This document shows, in pieces, positions 38,408-46,720 of a DNA stretch of 64,000 nt. The translations under genes were made by a program, and so were the position numbers. The DNA lies in NCBI GenBank assembly GCA_964474575.1, contig CAYYTA010000104.1:1869-65868 (forward strand), written 5' to 3'. This stretch comes from an uncultured Caulobacteraceae bacterium. Lineage in GTDB: Bacteria > Pseudomonadota > Alphaproteobacteria > Caulobacterales > Caulobacteraceae. The notes below the pieces were generated by a model, which was not told the origin of the DNA, ran no database searches, and saw nothing but the letters and a program-made list of their open reading frames with translations. The number at the start of each line of letters is the position of its first letter. Positions within the stretch are counted from its first letter, which is position 1.

Positions 38408-40537
38408 ATGGGGAGACATAGTCTCATGCGATACCGGATGAGCGCGGGTGCGCTCTTTTTGCCGCTGTTTTTGCTGGCTTTTGCCGGTTTTGCCGCTCCG
38501 GCCGTGGCCGATGACGCCATCGCTCAGAAGGTGGCCGGCGGCACGATCATCGCCAGCGACGACAGCCCGGGCCATGTCATCAGCGTCGATGTCCTGCTGA
38601 CCAGCGACGGCAACCTCGCCTATGAGGTCAAGCGCAACGGAGCGATGGTGATCAATCCGTCGCGGCTTGGCTTCATTCTGGCCAATGCGCCCAAGCTCGA
38701 CCGCAATTTCACCCTCGATAGCCAGTCGGCGTCGACGCACGACGACACCTGGGAGCAGCCTTGGGGCGAATGGCGCTACATCCGCAACCACTATAATGAA
38801 CTTCGGGTGACGGTGGCGCAGAAGACGATCGATGACCGCAAGATGACGGTCGTCTTCCGTATCTATGACGACGGCCTTGGCTTCCGCTACGAGTTCCCCG
38901 ACCAGCCGCAGCTGAAGCAGCTGCAGATCACCGACGAGCTGACAGAGTTCGACGTCGCCGACGATGCGACGGCATGGTGGGACGTGGCCGGAGAATGGAA
39001 CCGCGAGGAATATCTCTACCAGAAGACGCCGCTCAACCAGGTCGGCGAGTCCCAGACGCCGATGACGATCAAGACCGACAAGGGACTGTACATCGCCTTC
39101 CACGAGGCGGCCCTGGTCAATTACCCGGCCTTCTGGATGCGCCGGGTCGAGAACCAGCGCCTGAAGACGCGGCTGGCGCCGTCGTCGGTCGGCGCCAATG
39201 CCGTGGTCGATGCGCCGTTTTCGACGCCGTGGCGGACGATGATCATGGCCGACAGCGCTCCCGGCCTTTACATGTCGAACATCGAACTGAACCTCAACGA
39301 ACCCAACAAGCTGGGCGACGTATCGTGGGTCAAGCCTTACAAATATGTCGGCATATGGTGGGCCATGCACCTGGGGCAGAATACGTGGGAATATGGCCCC
39401 AAACACGGCGCCACCACCGCCATGACCTTGCGCTATATCGACTTCGCCGCCAAATACGGCCTGCGCGGCGTACTGGTCGAGGGCTGGAACAAGGGCTGGG
39501 AGGACTGGTTCGCCAAGGGCGACAAGTTCTCGTTCACCGAAAGCTATCCCGATTTCGACCTGGCTGCCGTGTCGGCCTACGGGCTGAAAAAAGGTGTGCA
39601 CCTGGTCGGCCACAACGAGACCGCCGGCAATGCCGCCAACTATGAATCCCAGATGGACGCCGGCTTCGCCCAGTATGAAAAGTACGGCGTCGATTCGGTG
39701 AAGACCGGCTATGTCGCTGACGCCGGCGGTGCGCAGGTTGCGGGCGCCGACGGCACCATTCACTACACCTGGAATGACAGCCAGGAGATGGTCAACCACT
39801 ATCAGAACGTCGTCATCGACGCCGCCAGGCACCATATCGCCATCGACACCCACGAGCCGATCAAGGACACGGGGCTTCGGCGGACATACCCCAACTGGGT
39901 GTCGCGCGAGGGCGAGCGCGGCCAGGAATATAATGCCTGGGGCCATCCGCCCAATCCGCCGGAACACGTCGTCAACATGGTGTTCACGCGCATGCTCAGC
40001 GGGCCGATGGACTATACGCCGGGCGTGTTCTCGCTCGAGGGCCAGGGCCAGCCGATCCAATCGACCGAAGCCAACCAGCTGGCGCTCTACATCGTGCTCT
40101 ATTCGCCGATCCAGATGGCGGCGGACACCATCGAGAACCTGGCCAAGTATCCGAGGGAGATGGAATTCGTGCGCGATGTGCCGACCGACTGGGCCGATAC
40201 GCGGGTGCTGAATGGCGAGATCGGCGACTATGTCACCATTGCGCGCAAGGACCGCAATTCGGACGACTGGTACATCGGGGCGACGACGGACGAGAACGCG
40301 CGCGATTTGAGCGTGCCGCTGACCTTCCTCGATCCGGGCCGATCTTACGTGGCGCAGATCTATCGCGACGGCGACCATGCCGATTATCGCGGCGATGCGC
40401 GCTTCGACATTGCCTTCGAGACGATGACGGTGACCTCGGCCGATACGCTCGACCTGAAGCTGGCGGCGGGCGGCGGCCAGGCGATCCGCTTCGTGCCGCA
40501 GGCCATCAAGGGCGGCCACAAGAAGAAGCGGCACTAA
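38408..40537 (+). CDS. secreted glycoside hydrolase family 97 (alpha-glucosidase, SusB-like)
   Basis: 709 aa with a signal peptide ..FAAPAVADD and GH97-type blocks (WWAMHLG, GVLVEGWN, KTGYV, REGERGQEYNAW, PGVF). Alternative starts lie at 38426 and 38438. Confidence 0.85.
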   Translation: MGRHSLMRYRMSAGALFLPLFLLAFAGFAAPAVADDAIAQKVAGGTIIASDDSPGHVISVDVLLTSDGNLAYEVKRNGAMVINPSRLGFILANAPKLDRNFTLDSQSASTHDDTWEQPWGEWRYIRNHYNELRVTVAQKTIDDRKMTVVFRIYDDGLGFRYEFPDQPQLKQLQITDELTEFDVADDATAWWDVAGEWNREEYLYQKTPLNQVGESQTPMTIKTDKGLYIAFHEAALVNYPAFWMRRVENQRLKTRLAPSSVGANAVVDAPFSTPWRTMIMADSAPGLYMSNIELNLNEPNKLGDVSWVKPYKYVGIWWAMHLGQNTWEYGPKHGATTAMTLRYIDFAAKYGLRGVLVEGWNKGWEDWFAKGDKFSFTESYPDFDLAAVSAYGLKKGVHLVGHNETAGNAANYESQMDAGFAQYEKYGVDSVKTGYVADAGGAQVAGADGTIHYTWNDSQEMVNHYQNVVIDAARHHIAIDTHEPIKDTGLRRTYPNWVSREGERGQEYNAWGHPPNPPEHVVNMVFTRMLSGPMDYTPGVFSLEGQGQPIQSTEANQLALYIVLYSPIQMAADTIENLAKYPREMEFVRDVPTDWADTRVLNGEIGDYVTIARKDRNSDDWYIGATTDENARDLSVPLTFLDPGRSYVAQIYRDGDHADYRGDARFDIAFETMTVTSADTLDLKLAAGGGQAIRFVPQAIKGGHKKKRH

Positions 40538-40540
40538 TAT

Positions 40541-40679
40541 CCCTTCTCCCCGTTTACGGGAGACGACGAGAGGCGAAGCCGATCGGGTGAGGGGCTGATG
40601 CCGCAGAAAGAAAGCCCCTCACCCGGTCGCTTTCACTACGTTCAGCTCCCGTCCTCTCCCCTCGCGAGGAGAGAGGGGG
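40541..40679. repeat. family A mosaic repeat between GH97 and the esterase gene
   Basis: TCTCCCCGTTTACGGGAGA ... GGTGAGGGGCTGATGCCGC..AGCCCCTCACC ... TTTCACT ... CCTCTCCCCTCGCGAGGAGAGAGG, colinear with 4370-4504. Confidence 0.85.
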
Positions 40680-40699
40680 CAAAAAAAGGGAAGACAAGC

Positions 40700-42472
40700 A
40701 TGTTGAAATCGGTGATGCGCTGGCTGTGGCTTTGCTTGTTCTTGCTGGTGGCGGGGCCCGCCCTGGCGCAGGGGAAGTTCGACCAGTATCCGGATTTCGC
40801 GTCGCAGTTCGTCCCGCCGCGCAAGGTCACGGTATGGACTCCGGACGGCTATGACGGCAAGACGCCGCTGCCGGTCGTCTACATGCAGGACAACCAGCAG
40901 CTCTGGGACCCGTCGACGACGTGGAACGGCCAGTCGTGGGATGTCGCCAACACCATGACCCGGCTGATCAAGTCAGGCCAGGTGCCGCCGGCCATAATCG
41001 TCGGCATCGACAACGGGATAGGTTTACGCGGGCGCGAATACCTGCCGCAGAAGGTCTATGACCGCCTGCCGGCCGATGTCCGTGCGCGGACGGCGAAAAG
41101 CTGGGGCGGCGAGCCGCTGTCGGATCAGTATCTGAAGTTCCTGGTCACCGAACTGAAGCCGTTCATCGACAGCCACTATGCGACCAAGACAGATGCGCAG
41201 GACACCTTTATCCTCGGTTCGTCGATGGGCGGGCTGATTTCGTTCTATGCGCAAGCAGAATATCCCGATGTCTTCGGAGCATCGGCGTCGATGTCCATGC
41301 ACTGGCTCCTCGAATATCCTGCCGATCCCTATCCGGATCCGGCAATCCACGCGCCGGAAGTGATCCAGGCGTTTGACGACTATCTGTCAACGTCGCGCCT
41401 GACCTCTCAGGGGCGCGTCTATGTCGATCAGGGTTCGCAGACGCTTGACGCCCATTACCGGCCCTATTCCCTGCGCTTCGAGGCCATGATGAAGCGTCGC
41501 GGCTGGGTCGAGGGCGAGCATTTCAGTTCGCAGATTTTTCCCGGCCAGGACCACAGCGAAAAATCGTGGGCCGGCCGGCTGGACGTGGCGTTGGAGTTCC
41601 TGCTCAGCAAGCATGTGGTTGCCAGTGGTTCGCTCATCACCCTGCGCGACGTGCCGTCCAAATTCGTCCGGCCGCGCGACATCCATGTCTGGCTGCCCGA
41701 CGGTTATGATCCGGCGGCCGCGCAGACCTATAAGGTTATCTACATGATGGACGGCCAGAACCTGTTCGAGCCGTCGCCATGGTCGCATGCCGATTGGGGG
41801 GTGGCCGAGACCCTGCCAGGCCTGATCGCCTCGGGCAAGGTGCCGCCGGCCATCGTCGTTGGCGTCGACAATATCGAGCAGCGCACCGCCGAATACGACC
41901 CGCAGAAGATTTACGACATCCTGCCGCCGGATTATCAGGCGCGGGCGCGCGACTTCGCCGGCGGCGCGACGCCCAATTCCGACAACTTCCTCAGGTTCCT
42001 GGTCACCGAACTGAAGCCGATGATCGACGCGGCCTACAGGACCCAGACCGGGCCGGAGGCAACCTCGATCATCGGTTCGTCGTCGGGCGGCCATATCGCG
42101 CTCTACGCCCAGGGCGAGTATCCAAGGGTGTTCGGCGCCTCGGCGTCGCTCAGCATGCCGTGGCTGATGGCCGGGCCCGCCGAGGACGATGTCGCCATCC
42201 ATGCCGATGTCGCCGTCCTGACCACTGCCTATCGCATGTGGCTGAGGGGTACGGGCATGACGCCAGGCAAGAACCGTATATATACCGACCAAGGAACGGT
42301 TGGGCTCGACGCCCTGTTCACGCCCTATGAGGAGAGCGCGGTCGCCATGTTCCGCAAGGAAGGCTGGACGGACAAGGATTTCGCCGCGCCGGTTTATGAC
42401 GGCGCCGAACACAGCGAGACCTACTGGCGGCAACGCATCGCCGTGCCGCTGGAATTCGTCCTCGACCACTGA
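40700..42472 (+). CDS. secreted protein with two tandem alpha/beta-hydrolase esterase domains (PF00756-like)
   Basis: Signal peptide MLKSVMRWLWLCLFLLVAGPALA. Internal duplication: FLVTELKPFIDSHY...GSSMGG...YPDVFGASASMSMHWL versus FLVTELKPMIDAAY...GSSSGG...YPRVFGASASLSMPWL. Confidence 0.85.
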   Translation: MLKSVMRWLWLCLFLLVAGPALAQGKFDQYPDFASQFVPPRKVTVWTPDGYDGKTPLPVVYMQDNQQLWDPSTTWNGQSWDVANTMTRLIKSGQVPPAIIVGIDNGIGLRGREYLPQKVYDRLPADVRARTAKSWGGEPLSDQYLKFLVTELKPFIDSHYATKTDAQDTFILGSSMGGLISFYAQAEYPDVFGASASMSMHWLLEYPADPYPDPAIHAPEVIQAFDDYLSTSRLTSQGRVYVDQGSQTLDAHYRPYSLRFEAMMKRRGWVEGEHFSSQIFPGQDHSEKSWAGRLDVALEFLLSKHVVASGSLITLRDVPSKFVRPRDIHVWLPDGYDPAAAQTYKVIYMMDGQNLFEPSPWSHADWGVAETLPGLIASGKVPPAIVVGVDNIEQRTAEYDPQKIYDILPPDYQARARDFAGGATPNSDNFLRFLVTELKPMIDAAYRTQTGPEATSIIGSSSGGHIALYAQGEYPRVFGASASLSMPWLMAGPAEDDVAIHADVAVLTTAYRMWLRGTGMTPGKNRIYTDQGTVGLDALFTPYEESAVAMFRKEGWTDKDFAAPVYDGAEHSETYWRQRIAVPLEFVLDH

Positions 42473-42480
42473 AAAAACAC

Positions 42481-42513
42481 TGAAAATTTTTCACGACCCT
42501 GAAAGCGCTTGCT
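42481..42513. promoter_or_regulatory. two palindromic boxes upstream of LacI copy 2
   Basis: TGAAAA-T-TTTTCA (42481-42493) and TGAAAGCGCTTGCT (42500-42513) lie 50-80 nt upstream of the GTG start. Confidence 0.45.
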
Positions 42514-42562
42514 TCCGTTCGGAAAATCATGCTGATTTCGCTCGTCATTAAAAAGGGCGGGC

Positions 42563-43585
42563 GTGGTGGACGCGGGCAAGAACAAGATCCGACTGGAAGA
42601 CCTGGCGCGCATCGCCGGCGTGTCGGTGGCGACGGTGTCGCGTGCGCTCAACGACAGCCCGGCCGTCAACCGCGTCACCAAGCGCCGCGTATGGAAGATC
42701 GCCCGCGACCACAATTATGTCCTTAACCAGGACATGCCGATGTCGATGTCGGGGAGCCAGGCCACCATCGCCATCGTCATCCCGCCGCCGCACGGCCGCG
42801 AGGGCCGTTTTTCCGACCCGTTCTACCAGGAAATGATCTCCGGCGTCGGCGAGGCGGCGCGTGACATGGGCTGCGATCTGTTGCTGTCGCATCTGACGCC
42901 GCGCTCGCAGAACGATCTGGCCGCGCTGATGCAGAGCATCAAGGCCGACGGCGTCATCTTCCTTGGCCAGTCGTACCTGCACGATCGTTTCAATCATCTG
43001 GCCCATTCGACCAACAAGTTCATCGTCTGGGGCCAGGAAATTCCGGGCCAGCGTTACTGCACCGTCGGCTCGAACAACCTTCAGGGCGGCACGCGGGCAA
43101 CGGCGCACCTCGCTCGTCTCGGCCGCAAGCGTATCGCCTATTTCGGCGAGACCGAAGGCACCGAGATGAAGCAGCGCTTCCAGGGCTATCTCAATGTCCT
43201 GGCCGAATCCGGTCTTGCTTACGATCCGCGGCTCGTCGTGCCGACCCACTTCGAACTCGCTTCGGCCGAAGCCGCCGTGCTTAACCTGGTTAACAAGGGT
43301 ATTGCCTTTGACGGCCTGTTCGCCGCGTCGGACATCATCGCGCTGGGCGCCATCCGCGGCATGATGAAAGTGGGGATGAGCGTACCGGGCGACGTGTCGG
43401 TGGTGGGCTATGACAATATCGCGCTCGCCTCGCTGACCCATCCCAGCCTGACGACGATCTCGCAGGACCTGGCGCGCGCCGGCAAGCTGATGGTGTCGAA
43501 GCTGATCGGCTCAATCTCCAACGACGAGAGCCATTCCGAGATCGTCGCAACGGAACTGGTGGTCCGGGAATCATGCGGCGGGTGA
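42563..43585 (+). CDS. LacI-family transcriptional regulator (copy 2)
   Basis: IRLEDLARIAGVSVATVSRALN HTH plus a sugar-binding core, ending ...LVVRESCGG like copy 1. Confidence 0.9.
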   Translation: MVDAGKNKIRLEDLARIAGVSVATVSRALNDSPAVNRVTKRRVWKIARDHNYVLNQDMPMSMSGSQATIAIVIPPPHGREGRFSDPFYQEMISGVGEAARDMGCDLLLSHLTPRSQNDLAALMQSIKADGVIFLGQSYLHDRFNHLAHSTNKFIVWGQEIPGQRYCTVGSNNLQGGTRATAHLARLGRKRIAYFGETEGTEMKQRFQGYLNVLAESGLAYDPRLVVPTHFELASAEAAVLNLVNKGIAFDGLFAASDIIALGAIRGMMKVGMSVPGDVSVVGYDNIALASLTHPSLTTISQDLARAGKLMVSKLIGSISNDESHSEIVATELVVRESCGG

Positions 43586-43683
43586 TACCGGCCAGTGCCC
43601 CGTCAATTGTTCTCCAGACGCTCTTGCCTGGATTTTCCAAAGGATTAAAACACGGTTACCGGGGCGCGCATAGGAGGAAGATC

Positions 43684-44613
43684 ATGGCCGACAGCAAGCT
43701 TAACCTCACCCGTCCCGAAGGTAACGAGCCAGACGACTTCCATGTCAGCCGGCGCGGTATCGCCGGCCTGTTCTTCTTCGGCTACGCCGCCGCCGTCAGC
43801 CCGGTCAATGCCGAGGCGATCACCACGCCCGAGGACGGCCTGTTCACCAAAAACCTGACCATTCCGCCGCTTAACCACGAGACGATCTCTGGGGCGAGCT
43901 ACCAGATTCCGGCCTATGTCGCCATGCCGGCGGCGCCCGGCAAAAACAAGGTCATCATCGTCGTCAACGAGATCTTCGGCCTGCACGACTGGATCCGCGA
44001 TATTTGCCGCCGCTACGCCCACGAAGGCTATTGTGCCGTGGCCATCGACTTCTTCGCGCGCCACGGCAACGCGCCGGCCACCGCCGACATGCAGGCCCTG
44101 ATGGGGATCGTGTCGCAGGCGACCTATCCCCAGGTGATGGACGACATCCGCGCCCAGATCGCCTGGCTGAAGTCGGAGCCCGACATTGGACAAGCGGACG
44201 GAGGAGCATTCGCCGATACTGACCACATCGGCATCACCGGCTTCTGCTGGGGCGGCACGCCGGTATGGATGGCGGCAGCCACGATTCCCGATATCAAGGC
44301 CGGTGTCGCCTTCTATGGCCGGCTGCAGAGGCCCGACAATTCCACGGAAGACCGGCCGTGGCCGCTCGACATCGCCGCCAGCCTGCAAAAGCCGGTGCTC
44401 GGCTTCTATGCCGACGGCGACAAGGGCATTTCACTCGATTCGGTGCAGAAAATGAACGATGCGCTCAAGGCGTCGGGCGCGACGCCGTCGCACCTGATCG
44501 TCGAGCCCGAGAGCCAGCACGGCTTCATGGCCGACTATCGCCAATCCTACAGCGAGACGGCGGCCAGGGACGCCTGGGGCAAGACGCTGGAATGGTTCAG
44601 GATGTATGTCTAA
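43684..44613 (+). CDS. dienelactone hydrolase family protein with a Tat-like signal
   Basis: GGAGGAAG Shine-Dalgarno. SRRGIAGLFFFGYAAAVSPVNA is a twin-arginine-type leader. DLH blocks IIVVNEIFGLHDWIRD and GITGFCWGG (nucleophile Cys). Confidence 0.85.
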   Translation: MADSKLNLTRPEGNEPDDFHVSRRGIAGLFFFGYAAAVSPVNAEAITTPEDGLFTKNLTIPPLNHETISGASYQIPAYVAMPAAPGKNKVIIVVNEIFGLHDWIRDICRRYAHEGYCAVAIDFFARHGNAPATADMQALMGIVSQATYPQVMDDIRAQIAWLKSEPDIGQADGGAFADTDHIGITGFCWGGTPVWMAAATIPDIKAGVAFYGRLQRPDNSTEDRPWPLDIAASLQKPVLGFYADGDKGISLDSVQKMNDALKASGATPSHLIVEPESQHGFMADYRQSYSETAARDAWGKTLEWFRMYV

Positions 44614-44619
44614 AAACAA

Positions 44620-44645
44620 GGGCGCAGTCCTTTCGGACCGCGCCC
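44620..44645 (-). terminator. hairpin between the dienelactone hydrolase and the PemK-like gene
   Basis: GGGCGCAGTCC-TTTC-GGACCGCGCCC has one mismatch. The minus-strand reading is followed by TTGTTTTTA. Confidence 0.5.
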
Positions 44646-44759
44646 CGAATTCGACAGCTCCAGCGCTTGTAATCGCCTCCGGAGCCCGCCACTTCCTCAA
44701 GGAAAGTGGTCTCAAAGCCCGATGCCGAAGCAGCGCGGGATCGTCTCCAATATGTGCAT

Positions 44760-45185
44760 TCAGAGATGATTAGTCAACTCACGAAGCATTAATGCGCAGA
44801 GCACGCCTTTGCGGATGGCTTTTAGCTCGTCGGCGGTGACGTGGGGATAAATATACTTTCTCTTCCCATTCTGGTCGCGTCCGACGCCTATGGGAGACAG
44901 GCGATCATAACTTACGGTCGCCAGCATGTCGCACTTCACCCACTTGCTTGTCCCCTCCCAAGGGCGCGGCAGTGACTTAGGAAAATGAACCTCGCAATGG
45001 TAGTCTTCCGGAGGAACCGGCGCGGTCGTACTCAACGGAACAACCGTGCATAATCCCGTTCTGCGGCGAAGACGCGGCGTGATGACAACACACAAACGTG
45101 TCTTCACCATTTCCGGCGCGACAAAGCCTGTTTGGTAGTTGCAAACCAGAATGGCCCCGGGCGACGGGTGGAAGGTAATGGCCAT
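44760..45185 (-). CDS. PemK/MazF-superfamily (YifN-like) protein, solitary
   Basis: PSPGAILVCNY.TGFVAPEMVKTRLCVVITP resembles the N-terminal PemK/MazF barrel signature. Codon usage is visibly lower in GC, and there is no adjacent small antitoxin ORF. Confidence 0.6.
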   Translation of the reverse strand: MAITFHPSPGAILVCNYQTGFVAPEMVKTRLCVVITPRLRRRTGLCTVVPLSTTAPVPPEDYHCEVHFPKSLPRPWEGTSKWVKCDMLATVSYDRLSPIGVGRDQNGKRKYIYPHVTADELKAIRKGVLCALMLRELTNHL

Positions 45186-45232
45186 GAATGCACGTTATGC
45201 GATTCTTCGGCCGGCCCCAATATCCTCTTTCC

Positions 45233-46603
45233 TTAAGGCGTAGGTTTCCCGCCCGGCTTCCATGACGGCTTGAAGTCGCTGTTGGCCAGGTATTCGACCG
45301 GCACGATCAGCGATTGGATGGCGCTGGTCATGAACGGGATGTCGAGATTGGCGATGGTGTCGGACGGATCGTGATAGGTCGGCGTCACCGCCCAGCCGGA
45401 AATGGTGTGGGCGACGATGCCCTTCAGCGCCAGCGAATAGTTGTCCGAGCGCTCGAAGAAGTGCTGGTCCGGGTAGATGTCGGGCGCGACCAGCGCGCCG
45501 TGCGCCTTCAGCGTCTCGCCGAGGTCGGAGCGGTCGAAGCCGGTCATCATCATCACGCCCGGCTCCATCTTCGGATCGTGGGCGCCGATCATCTCGAACT
45601 CGAGGTTGGCGACGATCTGGTCGAGCGGGATCGGCGGATGGGCGCCGAAATAGGTCGAACCAAGGCCGCCGATTTCCTCCGAGCCGTAGCCGACGAAGAG
45701 GATGCCGCGCTTCGGCTGCGGTCCCGCCGCCATGGCTTCGGCGATTTCGAGCACCGCCGTCGTGCCCGAGGCGTCGTCATTGGCCCCGTGCATGATGGTG
45801 CCGTCGTCACGCACGCCGAGGTGATCCATGTGGGCGGTGATCAGGATGATGCCGGCATGGGGATCGCTGCCCGGCAGGTAAGCGATGGCGTTGGTCGTGG
45901 TCGATTTTTCGATGGTCGCGCCGCCGAGGTCGAGGGTGACCTGGCCGCCATTCTGTTTGATCGCAGCCGCAAAGGCGTCGGGCGACAGGGTAGCGAGGTC
46001 GGGCCGCGCCCCGCCCATGCCGGCGCCGCCGTCTTCCAGGCTGATCGACACGCCGGTCTTGCCGTCGAAGCGCTGGACATAAGCCCTGGTCTCGTCGCTT
46101 TCCGGCAGGATAAGCAGCTTGACGCCCTTGGCGCGGGCGGCGCGCCACCACCCGCTGGCGGATGTCTTGCCAAGGCTCGGCACCAGGATGACGTCGCCGG
46201 CCGGAAGCTGCGCCGGGTCGTCGAAACCGGCCACGGTCAGCGAACCCGATATGGCCTTGACGTTGGAGTAGATGAGCGTGAGGCCGGCGCCTTCCTGGCG
46301 GGCGGACCCGGCGATGGTGAGCGTGGCATGGCCGGAGGGTTTCGGCGTCACCACCGTCGCCGTTTGCAGGTAGCCGTCCGTGCCGGGCGCGGTCTTCAGG
46401 CCGTAGCTTTCGAACTGCGAGGCGACATAGGCCGCCGCCACGCCTTCGTCCGGCGTGGCGCTGCCCCGGCCGCGCAGGGCGTCGCTGGCCAGGAAATCCT
46501 CGTGCGCCCGCACCGACTCCGGGTGCACCTGCCATCCGCCGCTCTGGGCGAGAACCGGCGAGGCCGCCAAGGCGAGCGCCAGAAATGAAACCGCAAAGCG
46601 CAT
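45233..46603 (-). CDS. secreted M28-family aminopeptidase
   Basis: Signal peptide MRFAVSFLALALAASPVLA. Motifs ITAHMDHLG, GANDDASGTTAVLE and GSEEIGGLGS. Confidence 0.9.
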   Translation of the reverse strand: MRFAVSFLALALAASPVLAQSGGWQVHPESVRAHEDFLASDALRGRGSATPDEGVAAAYVASQFESYGLKTAPGTDGYLQTATVVTPKPSGHATLTIAGSARQEGAGLTLIYSNVKAISGSLTVAGFDDPAQLPAGDVILVPSLGKTSASGWWRAARAKGVKLLILPESDETRAYVQRFDGKTGVSISLEDGGAGMGGARPDLATLSPDAFAAAIKQNGGQVTLDLGGATIEKSTTTNAIAYLPGSDPHAGIILITAHMDHLGVRDDGTIMHGANDDASGTTAVLEIAEAMAAGPQPKRGILFVGYGSEEIGGLGSTYFGAHPPIPLDQIVANLEFEMIGAHDPKMEPGVMMMTGFDRSDLGETLKAHGALVAPDIYPDQHFFERSDNYSLALKGIVAHTISGWAVTPTYHDPSDTIANLDIPFMTSAIQSLIVPVEYLANSDFKPSWKPGGKPTP

Positions 46604-46720
46604 GATGTCCGCCCCTGTTTTATGAATTTACCGCTACAGTGTAACGGGTGGGCGGCAAAGGTCAATTGACAGGGCCGCGAGGGCATGAAAATTACATTCG
46701 AAACTTTGCGGAGGGCCGCC

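Noticed and set aside
38402-40534. 710-aa minus-strand ORF mirroring the GH97 gene
   Set aside because: The composition is the same antisense-shadow type, with no recognisable motifs. The plus-strand frame carries GH97 blocks and a signal peptide.
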